Of a DNA stretch of 64,000 nt, positions 20,222-30,807 are shown one piece after another. Every line of letters starts with the position of its first letter. Position 1 is the first letter of the stretch. Both the position numbers and the translations under genes were made by a program. The stretch is from Planctomycetota bacterium (GTDB taxonomy: Bacteria > Planctomycetota > GCA-002687715 > CAIWVZ01): assembly GCA_044222185.1 (NCBI GenBank), contig JBGANV010000003.1, forward strand, positions 224,001 to 288,000, given 5' to 3'. The notes under the pieces were generated by a model. The model did no database searches. It was not told the DNA's origin and was given only the letters and a program-made list of their open reading frames with translations.

Positions 20222-21964
20222 TCAGCCCAGGCGCTTCACGAGGGCGTCGCGCTGGCGCTTCATCTCTTCCGGGAGGCGCGGCTCGAGCTTGGTGAAGAAC
20301 TCGCTGATGCTCGCGGCCTCGGCCTTCCAGTCGTTGCGATCGATCGTGAGGAGTTCATCCATCGCCGCCGGATCGAGCGAGAGTCCCGTCGTGTCGATGG
20401 CGCCCTTGGCGGGAAGGAGGCCGATGGGGGTTTCCACCGCAGCGCCCTGTCCCTTGCATCGCTCGAGCACCCACCGAAGGACGCGCATGTTCTCGCCGAA
20501 GCCTGGCCAGAGGAACTTGCCCGCGGCGTTCTGGCGGAACCAATTCACGTGGAAGATCTTGGGCGGATTCTTCACCGCCGTGCCCATCTTCACCCAGTGC
20601 GCGAGGTAATCGCCCATGTGGTAGCCGCAGAACGGCAGCATGGCCATGGGATCACGACGCACGACGCCGACGGCACCCGACTGGGCGGCCGTGGTCTCGG
20701 ATGCGACCGACGCACCGACGAACACGCCGTGATTCCAGTCGAACGACTGGAGCACGAGCGGTGCCGTGCGGGCGCGACGCCCACCGAACACGATCGCCGA
20801 GATGGGCACGCCCTGCGGATCGTTGAAGTGCGGCGAGATCGACGGGCACTGGGCAGCCGGCGCCGTGAAGCGCGAGTTCGGGTGCGCAGCCTTCTCCGTC
20901 GACCCCTTCTTCCACGGTTGCCCGCGCCAGTCGGTGAGTGTCTCCGGCACGTCGCCGTCGATCCCTTCCCACCAGGGGCAGTTGTCCGCCGTGAGGGCCA
21001 CGTTGGTGAAGATCGAGTTCTTCTTCACCGTCGCCATGGCGTTGGCGTTGGTCTTGCTGGACGTTCCCGGCGCGACGCCGAAGAAGCCAGCCTCGGGATT
21101 GATCGCCCAAAGCCGACCGTCCGGCCCCTGCTTCATCCAGGCGATGTCGTCGCCAACGGTCCACACCTTCCAGCCTGCCTGCGAAGCCGGGGGGATCAGC
21201 ATGGCCAGGTTCGTCTTCCCACACGCACTCGGGAATGCCGCTGCGACGTAGGTGGTCTCGCCCTGCGGGCTCTGGATCCCCAGGATCAGCATGTGCTCGG
21301 CGAGCCAGCCCTCGTCGCGGCCCTGAACGCCCGCGATGCGCAGCGCGAAGCACTTCTTGCCGAGGAGGGCGTTGCCGCCGTAGCCCGAGCCGACGCTCCA
21401 GATGAGCTTCTCTTCCGGGAAATGGAGGATGAAGCGGCGGTCGGGATTCAGGTCGCCGAGCGAGTGGAGGCCCTTCACGAAGTCCGCGCTCTGCCCCAGC
21501 TGCTTCAGCGCCGGCTCGCCGATGCGCGCCATGATCCGCATGTTCGCGACCACGTACGCGGAGTCGGTCAACTCCACGCCCACCTTGCTGATGGGCGAAC
21601 CGAGGGGCCCCATGACGTACGGGATCACGTACATCGTCCGGCCCTTCATGGCACCGGCGAACAACGCCCCGACCTTGGCCTTCGCCTCGTTGGGCTCCAT
21701 CCAGTTGTTCGTGGGGCCGGCGTCGTCCTTCTTCTTCGAGCAGATGAATGTCAGGTGCTCGGTCCGCGCCACGTCGCTGGGGTCGCTGCGATGGAAGTAC
21801 GAGTTCGGGTACTTCTCCTCGTTCAGCCGTTTGAGAACGCCCTTCTCGGTCATCTCGGTGATCAACCGGGAGTTCTCGGCTTCCGAGCCGTCACACCAGT
21901 GGATCCGATCGGGCTTCGTCAAAGCGGCGACTTCGTCGACCCAGGCCTTGAGCGCTGTGTTCAC
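20222..21964 (-). CDS. pckG: Phosphoenolpyruvate carboxykinase (GTP)
   Basis: [51 protein letters not shown]. Confidence 0.97.
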   Translation of the reverse strand: MNTALKAWVDEVAALTKPDRIHWCDGSEAENSRLITEMTEKGVLKRLNEEKYPNSYFHRSDPSDVARTEHLTFICSKKKDDAGPTNNWMEPNEAKAKVGALFAGAMKGRTMYVIPYVMGPLGSPISKVGVELTDSAYVVANMRIMARIGEPALKQLGQSADFVKGLHSLGDLNPDRRFILHFPEEKLIWSVGSGYGGNALLGKKCFALRIAGVQGRDEGWLAEHMLILGIQSPQGETTYVAAAFPSACGKTNLAMLIPPASQAGWKVWTVGDDIAWMKQGPDGRLWAINPEAGFFGVAPGTSSKTNANAMATVKKNSIFTNVALTADNCPWWEGIDGDVPETLTDWRGQPWKKGSTEKAAHPNSRFTAPAAQCPSISPHFNDPQGVPISAIVFGGRRARTAPLVLQSFDWNHGVFVGASVASETTAAQSGAVGVVRRDPMAMLPFCGYHMGDYLAHWVKMGTAVKNPPKIFHVNWFRQNAAGKFLWPGFGENMRVLRWVLERCKGQGAAVETPIGLLPAKGAIDTTGLSLDPAAMDELLTIDRNDWKAEAASISEFFTKLEPRLPEEMKRQRDALVKRLG

Positions 21965-22214
21965 GACAACCTCGTGGGAGAAGGAGACAGGTCCGTCGGG
22001 CTTGACCTGGACAACCGAGTCACGGCCGGGAGACGGGTTCTTGAAAGGTGAATCGCGGCAAAAAAACTCGGCGCATTGTAGTGCGGCGAGGGGCGCGCAC
22101 CAGACGGGTGCGGACCCTCATGGAATCACCGCGCCCCGCCGTGCGTTTTCCCGTAGAATCCCGGCCTCGTTTGACGCCCCCCCGTCCCGCTCGAAGGAAC
22201 AAGAGATCGCACAC

Positions 22215-22841
22215 ATGTCCGAGCCTCAAAATCCCGTCGACCCCGGTCGCGTATCGCGCCGCGGGTTCCTGAAGATCGGTGGCATCACGGTCGCGGCAAC
22301 GGCGGTGCTCGATGGCGCCGCACTCGGCCGCGATGCACGGCGCGAGGACCCACCCATCCTGAAGGGTGAGACCAAGGTCACGTTCACGCTGAACGGGGCG
22401 GAGACGACCGCCGTCGTCGGCACGGGCGTGACGCTCCTCGAGCTGCTCCGCGACCAGCTCGATCTCACAGGTACGAAGATGGTGTGCGATCGCGGCGCGT
22501 GCGGCGCCTGCACGGTCCACCTCGACGGCAAGACGGTCAACTCCTGCCTGCTCCTGGCGGTGGATGCCGCCGGCCGGAAGGTCGACACCGTGGAGGGTCT
22601 GGCCAAGGGCGACAAGCTGCACCCGATCCAGCAGGGGTTCGTCGAAGAGGACGGCCTGCAATGCGGGTTCTGCACGCCGGGCATGCTGATGTCCTGCAAG
22701 TCGCTCCTGGACCGCAACCCGTCGCCGACGCGTGCCGATTGCGCCGAGGCAATCTCGGGCAACATCTGCCGCTGCGGCACCTACTTCAACATCTTCCGCG
22801 CCGTCGACCGGGCCGCGCAGCTCCAAAAGGGAGGGAAGTGA
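22215..22841 (+). CDS. Xanthine dehydrogenase-family 2x[2Fe-2S] subunit with Tat signal (PaoA/YagT-like)
   Basis: VSRRGFLK twin-arginine motif; CDRGACGAC...C and QCGFC...CRC ligands. Confidence 0.9.
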   Translation: MSEPQNPVDPGRVSRRGFLKIGGITVAATAVLDGAALGRDARREDPPILKGETKVTFTLNGAETTAVVGTGVTLLELLRDQLDLTGTKMVCDRGACGACTVHLDGKTVNSCLLLAVDAAGRKVDTVEGLAKGDKLHPIQQGFVEEDGLQCGFCTPGMLMSCKSLLDRNPSPTRADCAEAISGNICRCGTYFNIFRAVDRAAQLQKGGK

Positions 22842-22842
22842 G

Positions 22843-25107
22843 ATGACGAGTCACGACCTTCCCGATCCCGTGAAGATCAAAGTCGGCATGCCCTCGGACC
22901 CCAAGGAGATCACGGTGGAGGTTCCGGCGACGGAGCCGATCCCGTGGCAGCTCGGCGAGGAACACGCGCTCGTCGGCAAGCGCACGCCGCGCATGGACGC
23001 CGTGCTGAAAGTCACGGGCAAGGCCAAGTACACGCACGACATCAACCTGCCGGGGATGCTCTACGCAGTCCTCGTCCGCAGCCCGCACGCGCGCGCGACC
23101 GTCAAATCCGTGGACGTCACGGCGGCGAAGGCCTACCCGGGAGTGAAGATCGCCCGCGAGGCGGGATCGAAGGAGGTTCGATACGCCTGGCAGCACGTGG
23201 CCGTAGTTGCGGCGGCGACGCGCCAGGCGGCGACCGAGGCCGCCCGGCTCGTGAAGGTCGAGTACGAGGTCAAACCGCACGCAGCTCGGATGGAGCAGGC
23301 ACTCGCGGACGGCGCGCCGGCGGTTCTGCGGAACGGGCCGAACAAGCGAAGCGCGTCGCGCGAGGAGACTCCGCCCGAGCGGAAGAAGGAAGTGGACGAC
23401 CTCCTGAAGTCCCTCGGCGAGGATCCCAAGGGGTCGGTGGGACGGGTCGTCTCCGCCACGGCCACGACGCAGGTCCAGACGCACAGTGCGCTCGAGACCC
23501 ACGGCCTCGTCGCGCAATGGGAAGGCGACAGCAAGTTGAAGGTCTGGGCGTCCACGCAGGGGACGTTCTCCGTTCGCGGTGAGCTGGCGGGTCACTTCAA
23601 ACTCAAGGAGTCGGACGTCACCGTCATCGCGCACTTCATGGGTGGCGGTTTCGGCGCGAAGTTCGGAGCCGACTACTTCGGAATCCTCGCAGCCGAGCTC
23701 GCGAAGGAGGCAGGCGCGCCCGTCAAGCTGATGCTCGATCGCAAGGGCGAGCACACGTCCGTGGGAAATCGACCGAACTCGGTCCAGGAGATGACGGTGG
23801 GCGTCAAGGCGGACGGCACGATCGCCGCCTACCGGCTGAACCTCATGGGCACCGGTGGGATCGCCGGCGGCGCCGGTGCGGCGAATCCGCTGATCTACAA
23901 CTTCGGCGTCGTCGATCGGTCTGCGTACGAAGTGGCGACGAACGCCGGGCCCGCCGCCGCGTTCCGGGCACCGGGCCACCCGCAGGGGTCCTTCGGCGTC
24001 GAGACGATCATCGACCTCGCCGCCGAGGCCATCGGCATGGACCCCCTCGAGTTCCGGATGAAGAACGACCCGTTCCCCATCCGCCAGCTCCAGTACAAGG
24101 AAGGCGCCAAGCTGATCGGCTGGGACAAGCGCCAGAAGAACGGGAGCGGATCGGGTCCCATTCGTCGAGGACTGGGCGTCGCCGCGGCGCGCTGGTTCCA
24201 ACTCGGTGGCCGTGGCGCCCGTGTGCTGTGCCGGATCCACAAGGACGGGTCCGTCGAGGTCCGCAACGGTTGCCAGGACATCGGCACCGGCACGCGAACC
24301 ATCATGGCGATGGTGACGGCCGAGGAGCTCGGCGTGCCGCTCGCCGCCGTGACGCCGTTCATCGGCGACACGAACGATCCGGTGGGCCCGGCGTCCGGTG
24401 GAAGCACGACGGCCCCGACGCTCATGCCGGCCGTGCGTACGGCGGCGTACCTCGTGGGTATCGAGCTCAAGAAGGTCGTCGCCGAGCAATGGAAGTGCAA
24501 GCCGGAGGAGATCGCGCTCGCCGGCGGCAAGGTCCAGCACAAGACCGACGCGTCGAAGTCGGTGGCGTGGAAGGATGCGTGCGCCATGATTCCCGGCGAC
24601 GATCTCTCCGCGCAGGGCGAGCGCTCGCGGAACTTCGCGACGTACAAGGACAGCATCGGTGGCGTGCAGTTCGCCGAAGTGGAGGTGGACGTCGAGACGG
24701 GCCAGATCCGCGTCACGCGCTTCGTCGCCATGCAGGACTGCGGGACGGTCGTGAATCCGCTGCTCGCCGAGAGCCAGGTCAACGGCGCCGTGATCCAGGG
24801 CATCTCCTACGCGCTGTTCGAAGAACGTCACCTCGATCGCCAGGTCGGACAAATGGTCAACGCCGACATGGAGATGTACAAGATCGCGGGCGCGAAGGAC
24901 ATGCCGGAGTTGAAGGTCGTCCTGACGGAAGTCGTGAACGGCGGCAACAACGTGGGCCTCGCAGGACTGGGCGAAGCGCCGGCGGTTCCCGTGGCCGCGG
25001 CGATCGCCGGCGCGGTGCACAACGCCATCGGCGTGCGCGTGCTCTCGCTGCCGATGACGCCGGACAAGGTGCTCACCGCACTCGAGGCGAAGGAGAAGGG
25101 CAAATGA
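22843..25107 (+). CDS. Xanthine dehydrogenase-family molybdopterin-binding subunit (PaoC/YagR-like)
   Basis: KVTGKAKYTHD, MGGGFGAK, FRAPGHPQ, QDIGTG, SGGS, GLGEAPAVP. Confidence 0.92.
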   Translation: MTSHDLPDPVKIKVGMPSDPKEITVEVPATEPIPWQLGEEHALVGKRTPRMDAVLKVTGKAKYTHDINLPGMLYAVLVRSPHARATVKSVDVTAAKAYPGVKIAREAGSKEVRYAWQHVAVVAAATRQAATEAARLVKVEYEVKPHAARMEQALADGAPAVLRNGPNKRSASREETPPERKKEVDDLLKSLGEDPKGSVGRVVSATATTQVQTHSALETHGLVAQWEGDSKLKVWASTQGTFSVRGELAGHFKLKESDVTVIAHFMGGGFGAKFGADYFGILAAELAKEAGAPVKLMLDRKGEHTSVGNRPNSVQEMTVGVKADGTIAAYRLNLMGTGGIAGGAGAANPLIYNFGVVDRSAYEVATNAGPAAAFRAPGHPQGSFGVETIIDLAAEAIGMDPLEFRMKNDPFPIRQLQYKEGAKLIGWDKRQKNGSGSGPIRRGLGVAAARWFQLGGRGARVLCRIHKDGSVEVRNGCQDIGTGTRTIMAMVTAEELGVPLAAVTPFIGDTNDPVGPASGGSTTAPTLMPAVRTAAYLVGIELKKVVAEQWKCKPEEIALAGGKVQHKTDASKSVAWKDACAMIPGDDLSAQGERSRNFATYKDSIGGVQFAEVEVDVETGQIRVTRFVAMQDCGTVVNPLLAESQVNGAVIQGISYALFEERHLDRQVGQMVNADMEMYKIAGAKDMPELKVVLTEVVNGGNNVGLAGLGEAPAVPVAAAIAGAVHNAIGVRVLSLPMTPDKVLTALEAKEKGK

Positions 25108-26105
25108 AGAACCACGACTACGTCCTCCCCCGATCCGCCGACGAGGCGGCTCAATGGTCGGCGAAGGCCGGCGCCGCGGTGAAGGGTGCGGGCACGGACC
25201 TCGTCGATCGCCTGAAGGAAGGCGTCGCCGACCCCTCCATGATCATCAACCTGCTCTCCGTGAAGGAGCTGGCTGGGATCCGCGAGGAAGGCGACACGAT
25301 CTGGATCGGCGCGACGACGACGCTCGCCGACATCGCGTCGAGCGAGCTTCTGCGGCGCGTGGCGCCAGGCCTGTGCGAGGCGGCCGAGCAGGCCGCCACG
25401 CCGCAGATCCGCAACCGCGGGACGCTTGGGGGAAACCTCTGCCAGCGTCCGCGCTGCTGGTACTTCCGCAACGACACCTACAAGTGCAGCAAGAAGGGCG
25501 GAGACACCTGCTACAGCATCGAGGGTGAGAACAAGTACCACGCGATCTTCGAGAACGTGACCTGCAACATCGTGCACCCGAGCAACATGGCGCCGCCGTT
25601 GTGGTCGCTCGACGCGGTGATCCACGTCGCCGACGCCGCGGCCGGTGCCGTGCAGAAGAAGGACGTGAAGGTCGCCGACTTCTGGGTCCGCCCCGAGGAG
25701 GACATCTCCCGAGAGAACGTGCTGAAGCCCGGCCAGATCATCACGGGAGTGAGTTTCCAGAAGCCCGCTGCGGGAAGCGGTTCGGCGTACCTCGAGACCC
25801 GGGAGAAGGAGTCCTTCGACTGGGCGCTCACCGCCTGCGCAGCCAGGGTCACCATCGACGGAGGCAAGATCACCGACGCGCGCGTCGTCATCTCAGCGGT
25901 GGCGCCGATCCCCATGCGCCTCGCCACCGTCGAGGAGATGTTGAAGGGCAAGGCGTTCACCGAGGATCTGGCACGCGCTGCCGGACAGAAGTCCGTCGAG
26001 GGTGCGACCCCCATGCGGGACAACGGCTACAAGACGAAGCTCCTCGCCGTCAACGTGGCCCGCGCGTTGAAGTCCGCCGCTGCGCGCGCAGGAGGTGCCA
26101 AATGA
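25104..26105 (+). CDS. Xanthine dehydrogenase-family FAD subunit with [4Fe-4S] insert (PaoB/YagS-like)
   Basis: GAGTDL, ATPQIRNRGTLGGNL, Cys insert RPRCWYFR...KC...TC...TC; ATGA overlap. Confidence 0.92.
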   Translation: MKNHDYVLPRSADEAAQWSAKAGAAVKGAGTDLVDRLKEGVADPSMIINLLSVKELAGIREEGDTIWIGATTTLADIASSELLRRVAPGLCEAAEQAATPQIRNRGTLGGNLCQRPRCWYFRNDTYKCSKKGGDTCYSIEGENKYHAIFENVTCNIVHPSNMAPPLWSLDAVIHVADAAAGAVQKKDVKVADFWVRPEEDISRENVLKPGQIITGVSFQKPAAGSGSAYLETREKESFDWALTACAARVTIDGGKITDARVVISAVAPIPMRLATVEEMLKGKAFTEDLARAAGQKSVEGATPMRDNGYKTKLLAVNVARALKSAAARAGGAK

Positions 26106-26374
26106 ACTCACCGGAACCGACGTCGGGGCCCGCGCACGGCGACATCCCCATGCCCGTGCGCTCGCTCGGCGCGCACGTCTGCCCGAAACTCCGCACGAAG
26201 ACCATGTACCTGAACATCGAGCACCGGCGCGCCGCCGACGAGCCGGAGAGTTTCGGAACGGCAGTGTTCCGCTGCCTGAAGACCATGTCACCGCTCGGGC
26301 CTGACGAGGCGCCGGCCTCGCCGGAAGACTGCGTACGCGGTCGCGGTTGCTGCGACCTGCCGCCGCTCGCCTGA
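26102..26374 (+). CDS. Small Cys-rich hypothetical protein coupled to the molybdoenzyme operon
   Basis: GGAGG RBS, ATGA overlap; CPKLRTKTMY...FRCLKT...GPD...C...GCC. Confidence 0.65.
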   Translation: MNSPEPTSGPAHGDIPMPVRSLGAHVCPKLRTKTMYLNIEHRRAADEPESFGTAVFRCLKTMSPLGPDEAPASPEDCVRGRGCCDLPPLA

Positions 26375-26386
26375 TCTCCCTCCCCC

Positions 26387-26421
26387 GCGGCGCCGCGCCC
26401 CTCGTCGCGAGGCGGCGCCGC
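26387..26421. terminator. GC-rich hairpin between convergent genes
   Basis: GCGGCGCCGC...GCGGCGCCGC arms with an inner CTCG/CGAG stem; no clear U-tract. Confidence 0.3.
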
Positions 26422-26422
26422 T

Positions 26423-29257
26423 TCAGTTGCTGCCGGGCGCGAGGATCTCGGCCTTGCGGATGAGGATGTCGGTCTTGGGCAGATGCTGCAGCTTGCCGAC
26501 GGAACGCACCTCGCCTGCCGCAATCTGGGTCACGACGGCCTCGCTCTCACCCGCGACGCGCCCGAAGACCGTCGACGTGATCGCCGAGAGTGTCACCTTC
26601 TCCTGAAGGTAGATCATGAGCTCGGCGCTCCCGACCATCGCCACGGTGAAGCGCGCGTTCTTTTGCCGCTTCGTCCCCTGCGTTTCGGCGGCAGGGGTCC
26701 CAGCGGCGACCTTCTTGGGCTCGCCGCGCGTGGTGAGGATCCCGCCGCGAATCGATTGATCGCGCTTCACCTCGTGGAGGATCGTCCCGTCGTAATCGCC
26801 GGCCTTCACGTGATCGAGAAATGCCTCGACGACGATCGGCGCCCACGTCGGCTCGACTTCGATGACGACGCTGCCGACGTTCGTCGTGAGCTTCACCCTG
26901 GGTCTCATCGCCGACCGGTCGACGACGAACACCCTCTCCGGTACGGGCTGGACCAGCTTGCGATTCAGCGCGTCGACGACCAGCAGTTCGGCCGTCATGT
27001 CCACGCCGGCCGGCAGGAGCGTCCCGGGGATGGTGGTGGTGAGGAGCGCCGCATCCGCGGGACGCGACGTCGCGAAGATCGAATCCGCGCGGAGCGGGAG
27101 CCACGAACAGAGGGCCGCGCCATCCTTCGACACGAAGCGCAGGCTCCACGCAAGCTGGAGCGTCGGCATCTCGTTGCGGAAGGTCACGACGTTCGCATCA
27201 CCTTTCAGGACGGATTTCTCGTTGGGGAGGAACTTCGTCTGCCCGCTCACGAGCCACGGAGTGGCCCAGGCCGGCGGGAGCGTGCGCGAGATCGTGATCG
27301 TGCGGCGCGCGAGAGTATCGCTGGCACGACGCAGCTGGATGTCGACCGGGACCTCGAGCACGTTGGTCGGTACCGGGAGCGTGAGCTCCTGGACGCTCCT
27401 CGACGATGCGTACGTCTCTTCGTCCCCCGTCCCGACGCGAACGGTCACGACCGCGTCGGCGGCCTCCTGGTCCCGCTCGATCTCCAGGGCGACTTCGCGC
27501 ACCGCATCGGGGATCGCGATCTGCTGATCCGCCGCGACCCACGCAATCTTGCCCGGCGCCGTCGACCACGCGATGGCCGGCCGCAGGCCCGCCGGCTTCG
27601 GCGGTCGGGATTCGGTGGGGCGACTGCCCGTACGGCTGGCCGGCTGCGCGATGCGCGCTTCGAACCGGCGTTCGGTCGCGTTTCCGGCCCCATCGCGCGC
27701 GCGCAACGTCCGGGTCCACCGCTCCGCGCCCGCGATGTCGATCGTCACCGGGCCGTCCACTCCCAACCGCATCGTCGATCCGTCGCCCGCCACGTCCTCG
27801 ATGACGACCGGAGTCGTCGGATCGCTCGCCGTGACTGAGAGGGTCGTGCCGGGCTCGACCTCCACGACCTCGTCCCGCAGCCACTCCCGAGTGACTGCGC
27901 CGGACACGAGTCGCGCGGAGATCCGGGGAGGAGTCCAGTCGAACACGAGCTGGGCTGCGGTCCCCGCAAAGGGCACGCGCGTGCCGTTCGCGAGACAGGC
28001 CAGCGAGGCACGCATGCCCTCACGCTGCTTTTCCAGGGGAATCGCCAGGAGCGCTTCGAAGAGGTCACCCGCTGGATTCAACGCCATGCGCGCGACGTCA
28101 GAGCCGTCACCGCCGACGAGCACGAGCTCGCACGTCACGCCCCTGGGCAAGCCGTCGAGCACGACGCCGAGCGTGGTCTGGAAGCCAGGCACTGGAACCT
28201 CGGGCTCGGCGCCGGAGATCACGCGCCCGCCGACCCGACGGAGTACGGGGCGCAGGCCGGAGACGTCCGCCTTGCCGTCGAACCAATGCCAGGGCCGCGC
28301 GATGACGACGATCAGCGCGAGGACGGACGTGATCGCGAGCATTCGAGAGCGGAGCTTCCGTGATCGCTCGTTGCGTCGCGCCACGTCCAACGCCGATTCC
28401 AATCGCTGTCGCAGATCCTCCACCGATTGCGGACGCTTGTGGGGGTCCTTCTCCAGGCACTCGAGGACGATGGCCTCCAGAGCGGGGGGGATGTCCGGGT
28501 TGAGCTTCGTCGGCGCGATCGGGCTGCCGTGCACGACCTGGTACGTGACGGACGCGAGGCTCTGCCCACGGAACGGGCGTTCGCGGGTCAGCGCCGCGTA
28601 GAGAATCGTGCCGAGGGCCCACACGTCGATCAGGTGTTCCTTCACGATCAACTGGGGCTCGAACTGCTCGGGCGCCATGTACGAAGGCGTGCCCGGGGAC
28701 GTGGTCCCGCCCGTGAGCGTGGTGTCGTCCTGATGCTTGGAGATGCCGAAGTCCAGGATGAGCGGCTCACCGTCTTCGCGAACGAGGATGTTCTGCGGCT
28801 TCAGGTCGCGATGGACCATGCCGTTGCGGTGCGCGTGCGCCACACCCTCGCAGACCTTCATCACGAGGTCCACGATGGCGCGGATCCGCTGGGGCTCGGC
28901 CAGTGAACCCACTTCCCCGAGCCACCGGGTGAATTCGCGACCCGGGACGTACTCCATCACGAAGTACGGGTGCCCTTCGTGCTCGCCGGCGTAGAGGACC
29001 TGGACGATGTTCGGGTGCCGGAGCTTCCCGAGGTTCTTCACCTCGCGCTTGAACCGGTCGATCATCTCGATCCCCGCCCCGTGGGTATCGAGGATGACCT
29101 TCAGTGCGACCTGGCGATCACCGATCGCCGTATCCTCGCACAAGAAGACCGCTCCCATTCCGCCGCGCCCGATCTCGCGCAGGATGCGATAGGGACCGAC
29201 CATCTGGCCCGGTACGAAGGCAGCGATCGGCGGAACGTTCCTCAGCGTGTCGTCCAT
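26423..29257 (-). CDS. Membrane Ser/Thr kinase with C-terminal degenerate cyclophilin-like domain
   Basis: IGRGGMGAV, HRDLKPQN, DFGISK, GTPSYMAPE; TM; beta-rich periplasmic part; C-terminus PRVKLTTNVG...AP...YDGTILHEV...VFGRV. Confidence 0.88.
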   Translation of the reverse strand: MDDTLRNVPPIAAFVPGQMVGPYRILREIGRGGMGAVFLCEDTAIGDRQVALKVILDTHGAGIEMIDRFKREVKNLGKLRHPNIVQVLYAGEHEGHPYFVMEYVPGREFTRWLGEVGSLAEPQRIRAIVDLVMKVCEGVAHAHRNGMVHRDLKPQNILVREDGEPLILDFGISKHQDDTTLTGGTTSPGTPSYMAPEQFEPQLIVKEHLIDVWALGTILYAALTRERPFRGQSLASVTYQVVHGSPIAPTKLNPDIPPALEAIVLECLEKDPHKRPQSVEDLRQRLESALDVARRNERSRKLRSRMLAITSVLALIVVIARPWHWFDGKADVSGLRPVLRRVGGRVISGAEPEVPVPGFQTTLGVVLDGLPRGVTCELVLVGGDGSDVARMALNPAGDLFEALLAIPLEKQREGMRASLACLANGTRVPFAGTAAQLVFDWTPPRISARLVSGAVTREWLRDEVVEVEPGTTLSVTASDPTTPVVIEDVAGDGSTMRLGVDGPVTIDIAGAERWTRTLRARDGAGNATERRFEARIAQPASRTGSRPTESRPPKPAGLRPAIAWSTAPGKIAWVAADQQIAIPDAVREVALEIERDQEAADAVVTVRVGTGDEETYASSRSVQELTLPVPTNVLEVPVDIQLRRASDTLARRTITISRTLPPAWATPWLVSGQTKFLPNEKSVLKGDANVVTFRNEMPTLQLAWSLRFVSKDGAALCSWLPLRADSIFATSRPADAALLTTTIPGTLLPAGVDMTAELLVVDALNRKLVQPVPERVFVVDRSAMRPRVKLTTNVGSVVIEVEPTWAPIVVEAFLDHVKAGDYDGTILHEVKRDQSIRGGILTTRGEPKKVAAGTPAAETQGTKRQKNARFTVAMVGSAELMIYLQEKVTLSAITSTVFGRVAGESEAVVTQIAAGEVRSVGKLQHLPKTDILIRKAEILAPGSN

Positions 29258-29358
29258 GCGAGCGACGCCGGCCTGCGGCGCGCGCGGATGGTAGCAGCCA
29301 CCTCCACCGGCCGAATCGCATGGGCGGCGTGCCGATCAGTCACACCGCGCGCGGCGGA

Positions 29359-30807
29359 TCACTTGAAGGCCTGCATGAACTCCTTGATCCGGTTGCGGAC
29401 GATCTTGTCGTCGGCGTAGAGCGGCTGGAGCAGCTTCATGACTCCGAACCGTCCCCCGGCCCCGCCGGCACCGCGCCGGCCGCCGCCACCGCCGCCGGGC
29501 GGGGGCTCGGGCGCGCCCGTCAGGCGGGCCTTCGCGAACTCGCCGACGCGCTTCACCTGGGCATTGTTCTCGTCTTTCAGAAGATCATCGATGATCGATG
29601 CCGACGTCGGCGATTCCGACATCGTGAGTCCCCACAGGATCGCCGTCTTGATCTTCAGCGAGCCGTCCTTCGCCCACTTCGCCTTCAGGTCCTTCACGAC
29701 GGCAGGCCGGCTCACCGCGAAGTAACCGAGCGAGAGACACGCGGCGACGCGTACGTTCTCGGCCGAGCTGGAAAGCTCGTGGACGAGCGCGTTGGCGATC
29801 TCCTCGCGCCCGCCGCCCGTGGGGCCGAGAGCGCGAACGATGTCCTTGCGCACTTCGGGGTCCTTCTCACCCTTGAGGACCTCGAGGAGTTTCATGCCGG
29901 TGTCCGTGTTGGCCATCTCCTCCAACGTGACGACGGCACAGTTGCGGAGGTAAGTGTCCTTTTCGGCCAGGAGCGCCGTGAGCCCGACGGCCGACGCGGA
30001 GCACTCGGGATAGCCCCCGCCGCGCACGGTGTCGCCCCGGTCTTTCGAGCCCTTCATGTCCTTCAGCGTCGCGAGGAACGCCTCGACGCGTTCCGCACCT
30101 TCGACGCGCAGGAGTTCCTTGGTCGCGGCATCGCGGTCGGCCGGCTCGCCGTGGGCGATCCTCTGGCAGAGCGCCTCGACCGCCGGCGACCACGCCTTCC
30201 GCCCGGCGGCGTCGGGCGCTGCGCCCGCGACGGCCGGCTTGGACTCCGGTGGTTCGCCGCGGAACGCCGCCAGGCCGCGGTCGAGGAACTCGACGAAGCC
30301 CGCGGCCTTCATTTCGTACGGCTTGCGCTCGAGCACGCGCCCCTCGGCGTCACACATGATGTGCTGAGGCGCGATCACCGTTTCGGACTCCTGGAATCGG
30401 GTCCGCATCTCGCGCTCGCACGACTGGTGCTCGGCACAGCTCACGCCGGGGAACTGTGGGCACCCGGCCACGAGCTTGCCGTCGCTGTTGATCTCGGGCG
30501 TCACGTGCATGTAGGTGCTGCACGGAACGAGGACGAACTGGGCGAGCTTCTCGCGGACCTTGGCATCGCGGTACGCGGTGTCGAGCATGCGGCGGCAGCC
30601 GATCTCCTTGTCCTTCATGATGCAGAACAGGACGGGCCGCTTCTTTTCCGCGGCCGTCTTGAACGCCTCGGTCGTGGAGTGTGCCCAGGTGAGCCCATCT
30701 CCGGCCGATCCCGGCGGTCCGTTGGACCCGGGCTTGTTGTCCTGTGCGCGGATGGGTCCGAGGAGCAACGCAACAGCAACGTAGACAGCCAGCGCGCGTC
30801 CCGTCAT
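29359..30807 (-). CDS. Secreted thioredoxin-like fold + HEAT repeat protein
   Basis: Signal peptide; W...EAFKTAAEKKRPVLF thioredoxin-like start; HEAT repeats (DPEVRKDIVRALG, ENVRVAACLSLG). Confidence 0.7.
   Translation of the reverse strand: MTGRALAVYVAVALLLGPIRAQDNKPGSNGPPGSAGDGLTWAHSTTEAFKTAAEKKRPVLFCIMKDKEIGCRRMLDTAYRDAKVREKLAQFVLVPCSTYMHVTPEINSDGKLVAGCPQFPGVSCAEHQSCEREMRTRFQESETVIAPQHIMCDAEGRVLERKPYEMKAAGFVEFLDRGLAAFRGEPPESKPAVAGAAPDAAGRKAWSPAVEALCQRIAHGEPADRDAATKELLRVEGAERVEAFLATLKDMKGSKDRGDTVRGGGYPECSASAVGLTALLAEKDTYLRNCAVVTLEEMANTDTGMKLLEVLKGEKDPEVRKDIVRALGPTGGGREEIANALVHELSSSAENVRVAACLSLGYFAVSRPAVVKDLKAKWAKDGSLKIKTAILWGLTMSESPTSASIIDDLLKDENNAQVKRVGEFAKARLTGAPEPPPGGGGGGRRGAGGAGGRFGVMKLLQPLYADDKIVRNRIKEFMQAFK

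Noticed and set aside
21402-26374. Extended ORF calls for the molybdoenzyme subunits
   Set aside because: Internal starts with RBS or overlaps (22215, 22843, 25104, 26102) give normal subunit sizes.
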